The translations under genes and the position numbers were made by a program. Shown here piece after piece: positions 9,428 to 19,624 of a stretch of DNA of 55,743 bases. Below the pieces are notes generated by a model. That model saw nothing but the letters and a program-made list of their open reading frames with translations. It made no database searches and had not been told where the DNA came from. The DNA is from Deltaproteobacteria bacterium (GTDB lineage: Bacteria; Desulfobacterota; DSM-4660; Desulfatiglandales; HGW-15), in contig JAFGFY010000069.1 in the NCBI GenBank assembly GCA_016930795.1, forward strand, positions 1 to 55,743, read 5' to 3'. The first letter of the stretch is position 1. Every line of letters starts with the position of its first letter.

Positions 9428-11113
9428 TCAACCTGAAGCCGGAAGACGAATGGTCACGATCGTGCCGATCCCTTGCTCACTGTTGACCTCCATGGCGCCC
9501 CCCATGTTTCCGATAATCCCGTAACAGATCGAAAGCCCCAATCCCGTCCCCTTTCCGACCGGTTTAGTCGTAAAAAACGGTGTAAAGATCTTGTCCAGAT
9601 AACTCGGATTGATTCCGCATCCGTTGTCTTGAACCGTGATCTTCATATTGGCGTCATCACTCCTTACCGCATCCACGATGATTTCACCCCCCTCGACCCC
9701 GTGTTTATCAATAATTGCATCAATGGCGTTATTAAAGAGATTTAAAAGGACCTGCTGCAACTGTGCCGAATCCATGTAAACAGAGGGGGCGTCTTGATCG
9801 ATTTTTTGCTCGATGCGAATGCCATGGACGCCCGCCTTCTTTTCTATCATAGCCACAACTTCCGGGATTAAGGTCTGAAGAGACACATCCTGGGCCCTGG
9901 ATTCCCCGTGTCTGCTGAATCTGAGGATCGATCGGGTAATCCCCGCGCAACGGTCTGTCTGGATCGCTATTTGACGGACCGAATCTTCAAGCTCTGAAAG
10001 GTCTTCCGACTCTTCTATTTGGCCATTGTCCTTTAGATCCGATAGAATCGTCTGAATAAGGGTCTGTTCCGATTTCATGATTTGAAGGGGATTGTTGATC
10101 TCATGGGCGAAACCGGCGGCCATCTCACCAAGCTCGGCCAAACGGCTTGCTCGTATAAGCTGTTCACCTAACCGATCCTTTTCCGAGTCCATCTCCTCCA
10201 TGCGCCTGACAATCCTATCGGTCAAGTAAAGGGCGATGCCGATGATAGCCCCGCCCCCGATAACGGCAATAAGGACAATGAGGTAGCTTGCCGAACGAAG
10301 GTCCCTGAACACATCGCCCTTTTCCTGTCTGACCACCAGCAACCACTTTTTCTCTTGTATCCAGGTCGTGGCAAAAAAACAGTCTTCTCCTCTCAGGTCT
10401 TTTTGTGAGAACGTCTTTGTGATCGGTTCATCCGAGGTGTGTCTGAGGTTGTCCGGATCTTTGTCCATCAGATTCCCGCCTGAGCGGCGTTCAGTCTGAA
10501 ACATCCCTTCAGCATTCAGGATGTATCCTTCTCCCGTCTTACCAATGCGCACCTTTTTGACGAGATCACTGAAGGTGTGCGTATCGATCGTTGCGCGAAG
10601 GACCCTTTTACCTTCAGCGTCTTCCCTCTTTACGGCGATGATAAAGTGGGGAATCTTTCTAAAACCCATAAAAATATCGCTGATGTAGTATCCCTCTTTG
10701 ATGACCTGATTGAACCAAGCCTCTTGCCCATAGTCCATTCCTGCCAAATGATAGGGCCCGGAGTAATTGACGTGAATACCCTCTTCATTGAAGAGGCCCA
10801 GGTCGACAAAAGCGCTGGATTTCTTTTGCAGCTGAGTCAGGATATCGGGGAGTCTTCCGGGGTCGGCCAGGGTGTCGTAAGAATAAGAATTAAGAATAAA
10901 CTCAAGATCGGCTTTTCTTTCGCGAAGGAACGAATCAATCATTTGCCGGTGGTCTTCGATAATCCGCCTCATGCTGGAAATCGTGCTGGATTCCAGGGAG
11001 GCTGTGAAGTAATAGTACCCGACGCCCAGGACCAGGATAAACGGGATCACCGGCACAAGGATCATGCAGGCCAGAATAGTATTTTTCATGGTCGCGTAAC
11101 GGTCTTGCTTCAT
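9428..11113 (-). CDS. Sensor histidine kinase with Cache-type domain
   Basis: YISDIFMGFRKIPHFIIA, H-box [23 protein letters not shown]; start placed at ATG 11113 (ORF track uses 11128). Confidence 0.92.
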   Translation of the reverse strand: MKQDRYATMKNTILACMILVPVIPFILVLGVGYYYFTASLESSTISSMRRIIEDHRQMIDSFLRERKADLEFILNSYSYDTLADPGRLPDILTQLQKKSSAFVDLGLFNEEGIHVNYSGPYHLAGMDYGQEAWFNQVIKEGYYISDIFMGFRKIPHFIIAVKREDAEGKRVLRATIDTHTFSDLVKKVRIGKTGEGYILNAEGMFQTERRSGGNLMDKDPDNLRHTSDEPITKTFSQKDLRGEDCFFATTWIQEKKWLLVVRQEKGDVFRDLRSASYLIVLIAVIGGGAIIGIALYLTDRIVRRMEEMDSEKDRLGEQLIRASRLAELGEMAAGFAHEINNPLQIMKSEQTLIQTILSDLKDNGQIEESEDLSELEDSVRQIAIQTDRCAGITRSILRFSRHGESRAQDVSLQTLIPEVVAMIEKKAGVHGIRIEQKIDQDAPSVYMDSAQLQQVLLNLFNNAIDAIIDKHGVEGGEIIVDAVRSDDANMKITVQDNGCGINPSYLDKIFTPFFTTKPVGKGTGLGLSICYGIIGNMGGAMEVNSEQGIGTIVTIRLPASG

Positions 11114-11140
11114 AGGCCCAGCCCACACCAGACAATCCAG

Positions 11141-11620
11141 CTACTTCTTGTCTTCCTTTTCCTGGTCAAATACCCTGCCGGGAAATCGCATCAAATCTTT
11201 AATCCTCGCCTTTCGAATCTTCTGTTCATGGGAGTCCTTCTTTTCAAAGGCCTCAGCCAGTTTCATCATCAGATCTTCGAGTTTTACGGGTTTCAGTAGA
11301 TAATCAAAGGCCCCCAGCTTCATCCCCTCAATACTGGTCTCCACTGATGCGTGACCGGTCAACAAAATGACCTCGGCAAGGGGTTGAATCCTCTTGATCT
11401 CTCTCAGGGCTTCGATGCCGTCCATCCCTCCCGGCATCTTGATATCTAGAATGATGGCGTCAAAGAGTTTCTTCTTGACCTCTTCAAGGGCTCTCTCTCC
11501 GCTCAATACACCAATGGCATCCATGTCCCTCTTATTTAACCGGTTGACCAGGGTTTCCAAAAAATCCTGTTCGTCATCGACGACCAATACTCTGAAAGAA
11601 TCCATGCACGCCTCCTTCAA
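11141..11620 (-). CDS. Stand-alone response regulator
   Basis: VLVVDDE, ILDIKMPGGMDG, LTGHA, LLKP; likely ATG start at 11605. Confidence 0.9.
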   Translation of the reverse strand: MKEACMDSFRVLVVDDEQDFLETLVNRLNKRDMDAIGVLSGERALEEVKKKLFDAIILDIKMPGGMDGIEALREIKRIQPLAEVILLTGHASVETSIEGMKLGAFDYLLKPVKLEDLMMKLAEAFEKKDSHEQKIRKARIKDLMRFPGRVFDQEKEDKK

Positions 11621-11621
11621 T

Positions 11622-13289
11622 CTATTTCTTTTCAGGGATAATCGCAGGAATCGTTACGAAAAACGTACAGCCCTTCCCTTCCTGACTGCTAAATGTAATG
11701 TTGCCCCCCATCTTTTCCATAATATTATGACTGACCCACAGACCCAAACCCGTTCCTTTTCCTTCAGCGCTTTTCGTCGAGAAAAAGGGATCAAAGATCT
11801 TTCTCTGCTCTTTTTCCGGGATGCCTGGTCCGTTATCGATGATGTTCACCGCGATATGCGACGAATCCGTCTGCCGGCTTTTCACCTGAATGAGCCCATC
11901 CTTTTGTACGGCGTCAATGGCATTTGAGATCAAGTTCATGAAGACCTGCTGGAGCTGGGCCTGATCACCGGCGATAATCGGCAGATCGGGAGCCAAATCC
12001 GTTCGAATCTCAATATTGTTTATTCGCGCGGAATTCTCTAAAAGGGCAATGGTCTGATACAAAGTGGCGTTGATGTCCACATCCTCTAAATGGGGCTCCA
12101 TTCTCCGTACGAACCCGAGCATGTTATGAACGATTTTTCGAACCCGTTCCAAATGTTCATCGATCTTTCGAATGGAGGAGATGTACTCTTCAAGATGTTG
12201 GCTTTTTTCAAACGCCTCCTCAGCTAAAAGGTCTTCCATCCAACCGATTTTCTGTTGGATTACGGCCAAGGGGTTGTTGATCTCATGGGCCACGCCCACG
12301 GCCATTTTCCCTAAAGCGGTCAGCTTATCTGACTGAACGAGTTGGGCATTGAGTTCATTCATCCTCATGTCTGCCTCCCGTAAGCGGGTGACGGCGAGGC
12401 GTGTGGTAAAGACCGTCATCAAAACGATCGCCACAATCCCGCCTACGATGATAGCTATTTCCACATTTCTCGTTGCAAACAGGCCTCCCATCTCTTCTTC
12501 CGGATCCTGACTGATGATTAAAAGCCAATCGTTGTTCTTTAACCAACTCCCTGCATAGAAGAGCCTTCTACCTTGACCGTTTATCTCTTTGTTAACAGTA
12601 GCGCTCCTTCCAAACATGGTCGTACTGAGGATAGCTTCAGAGAGGATATCCCCATCGAAGCGCGGTTGTGTCTGATAAACCCCTTCTTTGTTCAGAATAT
12701 ATGCGTCTCCGGTCTTTCCCAACTGGGCTGAACGGACGATGCTCCCGAAGATTTCAGGATCAACTGTCGCTCTTAATATCCAGATCTGTTGATTCTCCTG
12801 ACGACGCACCGCGATAACGAAATGGGGGAGCCGGCGAAAACCCATGTAGACATCGCTGATATAAAGCCCTTTACTCATGGCCTCGGCAAACCATGGTTGT
12901 TGATCGTAATTCAGCCCTTTAAGATTGTAGGGACCCACATAGGCGACGTGCTCACCGGAGTTGTCAATTACTCCGAGGTCCACAAAGGCACCGGCCCGAA
13001 GATTGATGACCTGAAATACCTTTGAAAGGTTTTCTTCTTGCTTCAGGTCCTGAAAACTGAGTGTGTCGGCCATGGCCGAGAGAATGGCGGTCCGTTCCTT
13101 TAAAAACAGATCCACGGCCTCTGCCTGAGCTCGCGCTCTGTATAGCATCTGTTCCTCAATCTTATCCTTGTAAACCCGATCAAACTGGTAATAGATCGTC
13201 CCGCCTAGGATCAGAAGCGGCGCAAATGAGACCACCAGAGTAATGGAAATGATCTTTCTCTGAAGACTTGCATAAATGGAGCTTTTCAT
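11622..13289 (-). CDS. Sensor histidine kinase with Cache-type domain
   Basis: YISDVYMGFRRLPHFVIA, H-box [23 protein letters not shown]. Confidence 0.92.
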   Translation of the reverse strand: MKSSIYASLQRKIISITLVVSFAPLLILGGTIYYQFDRVYKDKIEEQMLYRARAQAEAVDLFLKERTAILSAMADTLSFQDLKQEENLSKVFQVINLRAGAFVDLGVIDNSGEHVAYVGPYNLKGLNYDQQPWFAEAMSKGLYISDVYMGFRRLPHFVIAVRRQENQQIWILRATVDPEIFGSIVRSAQLGKTGDAYILNKEGVYQTQPRFDGDILSEAILSTTMFGRSATVNKEINGQGRRLFYAGSWLKNNDWLLIISQDPEEEMGGLFATRNVEIAIIVGGIVAIVLMTVFTTRLAVTRLREADMRMNELNAQLVQSDKLTALGKMAVGVAHEINNPLAVIQQKIGWMEDLLAEEAFEKSQHLEEYISSIRKIDEHLERVRKIVHNMLGFVRRMEPHLEDVDINATLYQTIALLENSARINNIEIRTDLAPDLPIIAGDQAQLQQVFMNLISNAIDAVQKDGLIQVKSRQTDSSHIAVNIIDNGPGIPEKEQRKIFDPFFSTKSAEGKGTGLGLWVSHNIMEKMGGNITFSSQEGKGCTFFVTIPAIIPEKK

Positions 13290-13319
13290 CTCAGGTCACC
13301 CACTTAACGGTCTTTCGGA

Positions 13320-14975
13320 TCAAAAAACATCAGGCCAGGACATAAACTGCCAGTAGCCTAAGATGGTCCACAGCCAGAGGACAAGCCATGCCAGAATGGT
13401 GACGGGAAGGCCATACTTCACAAAATCAAGAACATCCAAGAGTCTTTCCCCCGTCTCAGGATCTTTTCCCATGCCGAATACAATGGCATTGTTGGGGGTG
13501 CCCACCACCAGGAAGTTGGCAAAGGAAGAGGAAAACGCACAGGCCAGACCTAACTTCCATACATGGACATAGGCTAGGTCGGCCATGGGCAGGACGATCG
13601 GCCCTAGGGCGGCCACCGTGGCGCCGTCGCTCATGAAGTTGGTCATGGTTCCGGTTAGCAGGCTGACTCCAATGATTAGCATGTCCCCTTGAGTCATGAA
13701 ATCCGGAAGAAAATCGACGAAACTATGGGCCAGCCAGAGCGCCCCACCGGTAAAACTCAGTCCTACACCCATGGCACAGGCAGCAGCATACAGACCCACG
13801 ATATCAAACGCTACACCCTCCTGAATGTCATCCCAGGTGACAATGCGGCAAATAAACATGGCCATGATGGCATAAAGGGTCGGCCCGCCCAAGCCGGAAT
13901 GTTCCCCCAGGATAACCCAGGCCCCAACCAGAACGACAAGGATGGCCGCCATCATGGCTTCTTTTCCGCTAAACTTCGGCATCTTGGCTACTTCCGCTTT
14001 CACGATCTGTCTGGGATTGACATTTTGAACCTGAAACCTTGGTTTGCAGCGAAGATACATATAGGTCCCTATGACAATAGCCATCAGAGGAACAAAGGGC
14101 ATTCCATATTTCATCCACTCCAAAAAAGATATGGGACTCCCGTGCCCCATCAAATAACCGACCATAATGGCGTTTCTTCCTCCAGCCGCTGGTGAACCGG
14201 GACCGCCGTGGTTGGCGGCAAAACAGACTCCCAGCAACAGAAATACGGCCAGGGCTCTGTCTTTCTCAATCCCATTTATCTTGCAAGTCACTTTGTAAAC
14301 GCCCATGAGGACCGGGATCAGAAGGGCCACCAGGGCATGTTCGGACAAAAAGCTCGCCACTATAGCCAAAAGGGGAAGGAAGACAAAAGAAAAGGCCTTG
14401 GCATTCTTAATGTGGCTCAAGAGTATTAACCCGATTCTTTTATCAAGTCCGGTCTTACCGACACCGACCGCCACCACCAGGATGCCGAATATAAAAAAAA
14501 CGGCATCCTTCATATAGGCCTGGGAGATTTGTTCGATGGGAAGGATACTGAAAAGGTAGAGCATGACACCCACCAGGATATCGGTCGCACCCAGGGGAAG
14601 GGCTTCCGTCCCCCAAAGAAAGACCGCAAGGCCGAAGATGGCCAGCATCGTCTTGGCCATTCGGGCAGCATCTGTCGGTGTGATCAATGGTTTCGTCTCT
14701 GAGTGACTCTCCTTCTCGGTATCTTTGTGGGCCTCATAAGCATGGGGATAGAATTTTTTGTTTATATTATCGGTAATGGTCTCACACCCCGGTGATAAGG
14801 CGTAGCCGGGTGGATGGGCTTTGGACACCAGATTGATCATGCCCTTAGGAGGAGGAACAAGCAATACCCCAGCAAAAACGATCGCGCCGATCAACAATAG
14901 AACCGGTTTATATCCCGGCTTGCTTGCCCACACACTCGTTTTAGGATGAGCCACCTCTCCAGCTGAATTCACCAT
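13320..14975 (-). CDS. SLC13/DASS family anion:sodium symporter
   Basis: GTEALPLG, FLSEHALVA, AANHGGPGSPAAGGRNA, TNFMSDGA, VGTPNNAI; start placed at the ATG after GGAGGAG. Confidence 0.88.
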   Translation of the reverse strand: MVNSAGEVAHPKTSVWASKPGYKPVLLLIGAIVFAGVLLVPPPKGMINLVSKAHPPGYALSPGCETITDNINKKFYPHAYEAHKDTEKESHSETKPLITPTDAARMAKTMLAIFGLAVFLWGTEALPLGATDILVGVMLYLFSILPIEQISQAYMKDAVFFIFGILVVAVGVGKTGLDKRIGLILLSHIKNAKAFSFVFLPLLAIVASFLSEHALVALLIPVLMGVYKVTCKINGIEKDRALAVFLLLGVCFAANHGGPGSPAAGGRNAIMVGYLMGHGSPISFLEWMKYGMPFVPLMAIVIGTYMYLRCKPRFQVQNVNPRQIVKAEVAKMPKFSGKEAMMAAILVVLVGAWVILGEHSGLGGPTLYAIMAMFICRIVTWDDIQEGVAFDIVGLYAAACAMGVGLSFTGGALWLAHSFVDFLPDFMTQGDMLIIGVSLLTGTMTNFMSDGATVAALGPIVLPMADLAYVHVWKLGLACAFSSSFANFLVVGTPNNAIVFGMGKDPETGERLLDVLDFVKYGLPVTILAWLVLWLWTILGYWQFMSWPDVF

Positions 14976-15021
14976 CCTCTCCTCCTCCAAACAGACTCTG
15001 GCGTCTGTTTACGCAATGATC

Positions 15022-15471
15022 CTACTTAGAATCGACACTCCCTTTATCAGTCTGCTTTTCCAAATTCATTTCTGCATCAAACTGCATGTTGGGGGCCTTC
15101 TCCAGCATCTCCGAAACCACACGCTTAAGCTGGTCGACGTTGCTTCCCGTCTTTTCCACAAAAACCGTCGTATCGGATTGACTCGCGTACTCCCTGTAGT
15201 CTGAGAAGAAGGAATGAACGACCACGGGCAATGGGGGGACACGATTCTCAGCCTTCTCCAATATGGACAATTCCTTCGCGCAGGGCACGCCCACATCCAG
15301 GATCAAGAGATGCATATCTCTTTTCTCGTGAATCAGATCTAGGATCTCCTGAGCACTTTTTGCCAGTATGATCTCGTAGCCCTCCCCTGCTAGCTCACGC
15401 CTCAGAAATTCCCTGACATAACGGTTCCGGTCTGCCACTAAAATGGTGAAGTGATCTCTCACGCGATTCAT
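15022..15471 (-). CDS. Atypical receiver-domain protein
   Basis: REC fold pattern with ILVADRN instead of the acidic VDD pocket; LILDV and FVEK retained. Confidence 0.75.
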   Translation of the reverse strand: MNRVRDHFTILVADRNRYVREFLRRELAGEGYEIILAKSAQEILDLIHEKRDMHLLILDVGVPCAKELSILEKAENRVPPLPVVVHSFFSDYREYASQSDTTVFVEKTGSNVDQLKRVVSEMLEKAPNMQFDAEMNLEKQTDKGSVDSK

Positions 15472-15500
15472 TCCTATGCAAGGATTACGTATTCTGAACG

Positions 15501-15517
15501 AGCAATGGCTGTGCCAA
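15501..15517 (-). promoter_or_regulatory. sigma54 -24/-12 promoter
   Basis: Minus strand reads TTGGCAC-AGCCA-TTGCT, 30 bp upstream of the 15471 start. Confidence 0.85.
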
Positions 15518-15611
15518 TCAATGCTCTACAGCCCATCAGCGGCAACTCATTAAAAATGAGGAGAAAAATGGCCTATGGATAAACCCGAATAGCGCATTCA
15601 AATGGCCCACA

Positions 15612-15637
15612 TGTCGGGAACCTTTACAGAATGTAAA
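15612..15637. promoter_or_regulatory. Candidate enhancer (UAS), copy 1
   Basis: TGTCGGGAACCTTTACA-GAA-TGTAAA, starting 96 bp from the promoter TGGCAC. Confidence 0.65.
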
Positions 15638-15702
15638 GGGAAAGTCATTACAGGGGAAATCGAAAAAGGTCATGGATGGAGGATCGAATTTCGGTGAGTT
15701 AG

Positions 15703-17376
15703 TTATTTTACCCCTGCTATGGCCTGTGAAACATTAAAGGAATAGCTGTTGATCTTCTCAAAGGCATTGAGAAGATCAACAAAAATCATGCCTCTCTCGA
15801 TCTCACATGTTCCCCTAACCAATCGATCATAGTGTCTTGATCTCATTTCATCGGCCATTTTGTTAATATCACTCACTGACTTCACAGAGTCTGAAAAAAT
15901 TCCCTTATCTTCTTCTTTCATGGCCTTGACCGTCAAAATAATAAATTCCTTGACCGCAGAAGATATGGTCGCATAGTCTTTCATGGCCCGTTCTGAGAAG
16001 AAAAACCTGTCTTCGATGATCCTCTCGATTCCCTCGGCAATGTCTTCCACCTCATCACCGATTCTCTCAATATTGTTGCTCATCCGCATCAATGAGGCGA
16101 TCTCCTGAGTCTCCTCAATAATAAGGTTCTCCTGCATAATTTTAACCAGGTAGTCGGTGATTTCTCTTTGAAAATGATCCAGCACATTCTCTCTCTCCTT
16201 CCACATCGATAATCTCTTTAAATCTCTTATTGTGAGAGACTCAATGACCTCATCGAACATCAATTGAGCAACCCCTCCCATCCTGATGATCTCACGCCTT
16301 GCCTGCATCAACGCTACTTCCGGTGAGTCCAGGTAGCGTTTATCCAGATATTTGATCTGATAAACTTCATCCGCGTGCCCGTTTTTTCGCCGGGGGGTAA
16401 GCCACATGGCTATATTGACCAGCCAAGGAAGCACAGAGAGAAAAAGGATCGCATTTAGGGTGTTAAAAAGGGTATGGGCATTGGCGAGATGACGGGATAT
16501 ATACGGTTTTTCCTCCCCCATAAGAAGGTCCGGGAAACCGATTCCGTGGAGATTCATGGTGAAATATGTGACTGTCTTTATAAAATAAGGAAAGGTTGAA
16601 ACAACAAGGAAAACGCCGATAAGATTAAATAGGGTATGTGCCCTTGCCGCCTGGTGAGCGCGAAGACTCGCCCCAATGCTCGCCAACTCCGCCGTAATCG
16701 TCGTGCCGATGTTGTCGCCCAAGATGAAGGCGACACCTACTTCAAAGCTGATTAGCCCCTGGCTGGCCAAGGCCATGGTGACGCCGACCGTGGCGCTCGA
16801 ACTCTGTACGGCCATCGTCATAATCGTGCCGATAAGGACACACAGAAGGATTTCTCGAAGGTCTTGAGCCTGTATTTCAGTCAAAAAGTTGATGAATTCG
16901 GGCGAGCTTTTTAGGGGTGCAAGCCCGGCCTTCATGGTGGTCAACCCATAGAAGAGCATTCCGAAGCCCAGTAGGACCTCTCCCCAATGCTGCCATTTTC
17001 TCGATGAAACGAAGAATCTAAGCAGGACCCCCGCGGCAATGGCCGGAAGGGCATAGGCATCCAGTTTGAAAGCAATCAACTGCGCCGTGACCGTCGTGCC
17101 GACATTGGCCCCGAGGATGACTCCGATCGCCTGGGTGAGGCTCATTAGGCCCGCTTCGACAAAGCCGACCAACATCACGGTCGTCGTGCTCGAGCTCTGA
17201 ATAATGCTGGTAACCAGTGCGCCGGTGGCGCACGCGATGATTCTGTTGGAAGATACGGCCGATAAAACAGTACGCAATCTATGACCGGCAACCATTTTGA
17301 GCCCTTCGGACATGATTCTCATGCCGAATATAAAAAGCCCAAGTCCTCCAAGGACCTGATAGGCTACTTGATCCAT
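15703..17376 (-). CDS. Na+/Pi cotransporter family protein with C-terminal PhoU-like repeats
   Basis: GGLGLFIFGM, IIQSSSTTT, GANVGTT, VQSSSAT, GDNIGTT, helical C-terminal half with NIERIGD. Confidence 0.9.
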   Translation of the reverse strand: MDQVAYQVLGGLGLFIFGMRIMSEGLKMVAGHRLRTVLSAVSSNRIIACATGALVTSIIQSSSTTTVMLVGFVEAGLMSLTQAIGVILGANVGTTVTAQLIAFKLDAYALPAIAAGVLLRFFVSSRKWQHWGEVLLGFGMLFYGLTTMKAGLAPLKSSPEFINFLTEIQAQDLREILLCVLIGTIMTMAVQSSSATVGVTMALASQGLISFEVGVAFILGDNIGTTITAELASIGASLRAHQAARAHTLFNLIGVFLVVSTFPYFIKTVTYFTMNLHGIGFPDLLMGEEKPYISRHLANAHTLFNTLNAILFLSVLPWLVNIAMWLTPRRKNGHADEVYQIKYLDKRYLDSPEVALMQARREIIRMGGVAQLMFDEVIESLTIRDLKRLSMWKERENVLDHFQREITDYLVKIMQENLIIEETQEIASLMRMSNNIERIGDEVEDIAEGIERIIEDRFFFSERAMKDYATISSAVKEFIILTVKAMKEEDKGIFSDSVKSVSDINKMADEMRSRHYDRLVRGTCEIERGMIFVDLLNAFEKINSYSFNVSQAIAGVK

Positions 17377-17496
17377 TAAGGTCTAATCCTTTTTGGGTTC
17401 CTTTCAAAGGATCTCAATATTCAAAGGTCGCTTGACAATAGATTCAGATATACTGAATCATGATAGTTTGTCAGACTACTCAAGAAAGTGTGTGCC

Positions 17497-17970
17497 TCAT
17501 CTCTCTTCATACTTCTGTGCTCCATAAGGATTAATCGTCAATACAGGAACGGGTGACATTTTCACCACCCTATCAGCCACACTTCCAAAGAAAATTCGGT
17601 CAAGCCCTTTTCTTCCATGAGTCCCCATGATAACAAGATCAATCTCTTCATCCCCAATGTAATCCAAGATTTTCTGAGCAGGATTTCCAAGTGCGACTCT
17701 GGTTATGACATCCGGATATCCCTTTAAATGCACTTCAGCAAACTCTTCTATCTTTGTCTCCGCTCCTTTTACAAGTTTTGCTTCAAACTGTTCTATGGCT
17801 CCGGGGACAACTGAAAAACTGGCATATTGTCCCAACTCCCGCGCGACGAAAAGCAGATGAATTTCCGTGTCAAACCTCTCCGCCATCAAGATAACCCACG
17901 GTGCAATGTTGGGAGAGTTGTCCGATATATCGACCGGGAACAAAATTTTTTTAAATGGCTTCATCATCAT
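17497..17970 (-). CDS. Universal stress protein
   Basis: FKKILFPVDIS, DLVIMGTHGRKG, FFGSVADRVV, PVLTI; start at the ATG run after AAAGGAGG. Confidence 0.92.
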   Translation of the reverse strand: MMMKPFKKILFPVDISDNSPNIAPWVILMAERFDTEIHLLFVARELGQYASFSVVPGAIEQFEAKLVKGAETKIEEFAEVHLKGYPDVITRVALGNPAQKILDYIGDEEIDLVIMGTHGRKGLDRIFFGSVADRVVKMSPVPVLTINPYGAQKYEER

Positions 17971-18015
17971 CCCTCCTTTGTTTCCTATGTTTTTGAGCGA
18001 TCCCGTCATTCCGAG

Positions 18016-18031
18016 AGCAAGGCCTGTGCCA
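18016..18031 (-). promoter_or_regulatory. sigma54 -24/-12 promoter
   Basis: Minus strand reads TGGCAC-AGGCC-TTGCT upstream of the USP gene. Confidence 0.85.
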
Positions 18032-18130
18032 TAGAAGAGGAGACACTTTTTTCTTCTCTAACATTTTGGGAATACTGGAGGATCATATAAGCGGAAATCG
18101 AGCAAGCAGTGGGAGAATTATCGGCTATCC

Positions 18131-18156
18131 TGTCGAACATTTTTACAGACTGGAAA
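18131..18156. promoter_or_regulatory. Candidate enhancer (UAS), copy 2
   Basis: TGTCGAACATTTTTACA-GAC-TGGAAA, starting 100 bp from the promoter TGGCAC. Confidence 0.62.
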
Positions 18157-18157
18157 A

Positions 18158-19474
18158 TTAAAAAATCGGCTGATGAAAACCCGGTTTCACAAAAACACAG
18201 TCTTCGAGTGAAGCTCGACCATCAACAACGTCTTCCGCGAAAGTTCGGCAGTCAGGGCTGCCACATGCCCCGCATTCCTTGCCCGGAAGCAGTTTCAACG
18301 TTTTCTCCACTTCTCCTTGTCGCCTGATGGCCTCGGAAATGGGTAAGCGCTTTGAATCGCGCCTCTCTAGAAAGTCTTTTCTGTCAATGAAAAACCATCC
18401 CGCGCTGAACAATCTCTCAGCATCCGCATCATGAATTCTCTTGGCAGTACCGAACATTCTAACAAGCCTTCGCAGGTTATTCTTGGCTTGATATCTATCC
18501 TTCAGGGCCATTGGCCCGCCAATACACCCCTCTGGGCAGGCTCGAAACTCCACATATTCGATATCACTCAATAGCCCCATTTCGAGCTTCTCAAGATATC
18601 GAATGGTTTCCTTAATCCCTGATACGGCCAGATATTTCCCTGAATTCAGTCCTTCGATTTCCCCGCCGGACATTCCCCAACCGAGTCCGATCCCGCCGGA
18701 TTGATGCAGCACCTTGCTTGTATCAATCTCTCGAAGGCTCTTGTGGACAATATTGAATAACTCGCTCATGCCCAAGGCGCCATCCAGATAAGATTTTTGA
18801 AGAGTGACCGGCTCCCTTATGGAGATCATTTCCGCCGCACAGGGTGTCACGTCATATACGCCGATCGATTCAAGAGGCACCCCTTCGGATCGAAGACGCT
18901 CCTTCAAATATTTTGCGACAAGCTCCCTTGGCGTAATGATGGGAAGAAGATGCTTCATCAGAGATTGAAAGCGTTGGGCAATGATCCTGTTAACTACCGG
19001 GCAATTCGGCGAGATCAGGGGCCAAAGAGGCGCTTCATCGGAATGATGCTTCCGAATGTACCATTCCGTGGCCAAGTTGAATAATTCGTTCATATATGCC
19101 TGATCGTAGACATAATTAAAGCGACGACGCAATGCCAATAGAATATCGTTGGGCATGACACGCCTATCGGATTGTGTGTAAAAGACTGGTGAGACACTGA
19201 GGAATTGTGTGTAAAAGACTGGTGAGACACTGAGGATCGGATGGCGGGCTAAGCTTGAGAAATCGTCCCCGTTCGTTATGGCCTTGATCGCCCCTTTTGG
19301 GCATGCCCGAATACACTCTCCGCAATAGATACAAGGGCCTTCAATACGAGCTATCCCCTTTCTGACGCGAATAGCTTTTGTCGGGCAGGCCTTCATGCAA
19401 AGCACACACCCGGTGCACCTCTTTTCGTCGATCCGGATATAGTCATGCGAATCATCGAAATCTGCCATCTTCAC
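18158..19474 (-). CDS. [FeFe]-hydrogenase-large-subunit-like Fe-S protein (2x[4Fe-4S] N-terminus, degenerate H-cluster motifs, C-terminal Fe-S module)
   Basis: CTGCVLCMKACP and CIYCGECIRACP; ISPNCP, TPCAAE, EFRACPEGCIGG; LPGKECGACGSPDC. Confidence 0.8.
   Translation of the reverse strand: MKMADFDDSHDYIRIDEKRCTGCVLCMKACPTKAIRVRKGIARIEGPCIYCGECIRACPKGAIKAITNGDDFSSLARHPILSVSPVFYTQFLSVSPVFYTQSDRRVMPNDILLALRRRFNYVYDQAYMNELFNLATEWYIRKHHSDEAPLWPLISPNCPVVNRIIAQRFQSLMKHLLPIITPRELVAKYLKERLRSEGVPLESIGVYDVTPCAAEMISIREPVTLQKSYLDGALGMSELFNIVHKSLREIDTSKVLHQSGGIGLGWGMSGGEIEGLNSGKYLAVSGIKETIRYLEKLEMGLLSDIEYVEFRACPEGCIGGPMALKDRYQAKNNLRRLVRMFGTAKRIHDADAERLFSAGWFFIDRKDFLERRDSKRLPISEAIRRQGEVEKTLKLLPGKECGACGSPDCRTFAEDVVDGRASLEDCVFVKPGFHQPIF
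19171..19236. repeat. Exact 33-bp tandem duplication inside the Fe-S gene (in frame)
   Basis: attgtgtgtaaaagactggtgagacactgagga twice; protein shows LSVSPVFYTQF-LSVSPVFYTQS. Confidence 0.95.
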
Positions 19475-19624
19475 GGTCCCTTACTTGATATGAACCCGTT
19501 TTCATGCCCCTGTAACCACATCGACACATGGTACTTTGGTAAGAAGCTCCTTTGATCCCGTTTTCATCACTCGCGCGCCCGTGGGAATGGCATGTTGTGA
19601 GATATTCCGGACTCCCGATGCCCT

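Noticed and set aside
17432-17454. TTGACA...TATACT sigma70-like hexamers on the plus strand
   Set aside because: Spacer is only 11 bp and the orientation is antisense to the local genes.
18158-19474. Calling this a functional [FeFe] hydrogenase
   Set aside because: The proton-transfer Cys and the L2 Lys are missing, and no maturases or partner subunits are in the window.
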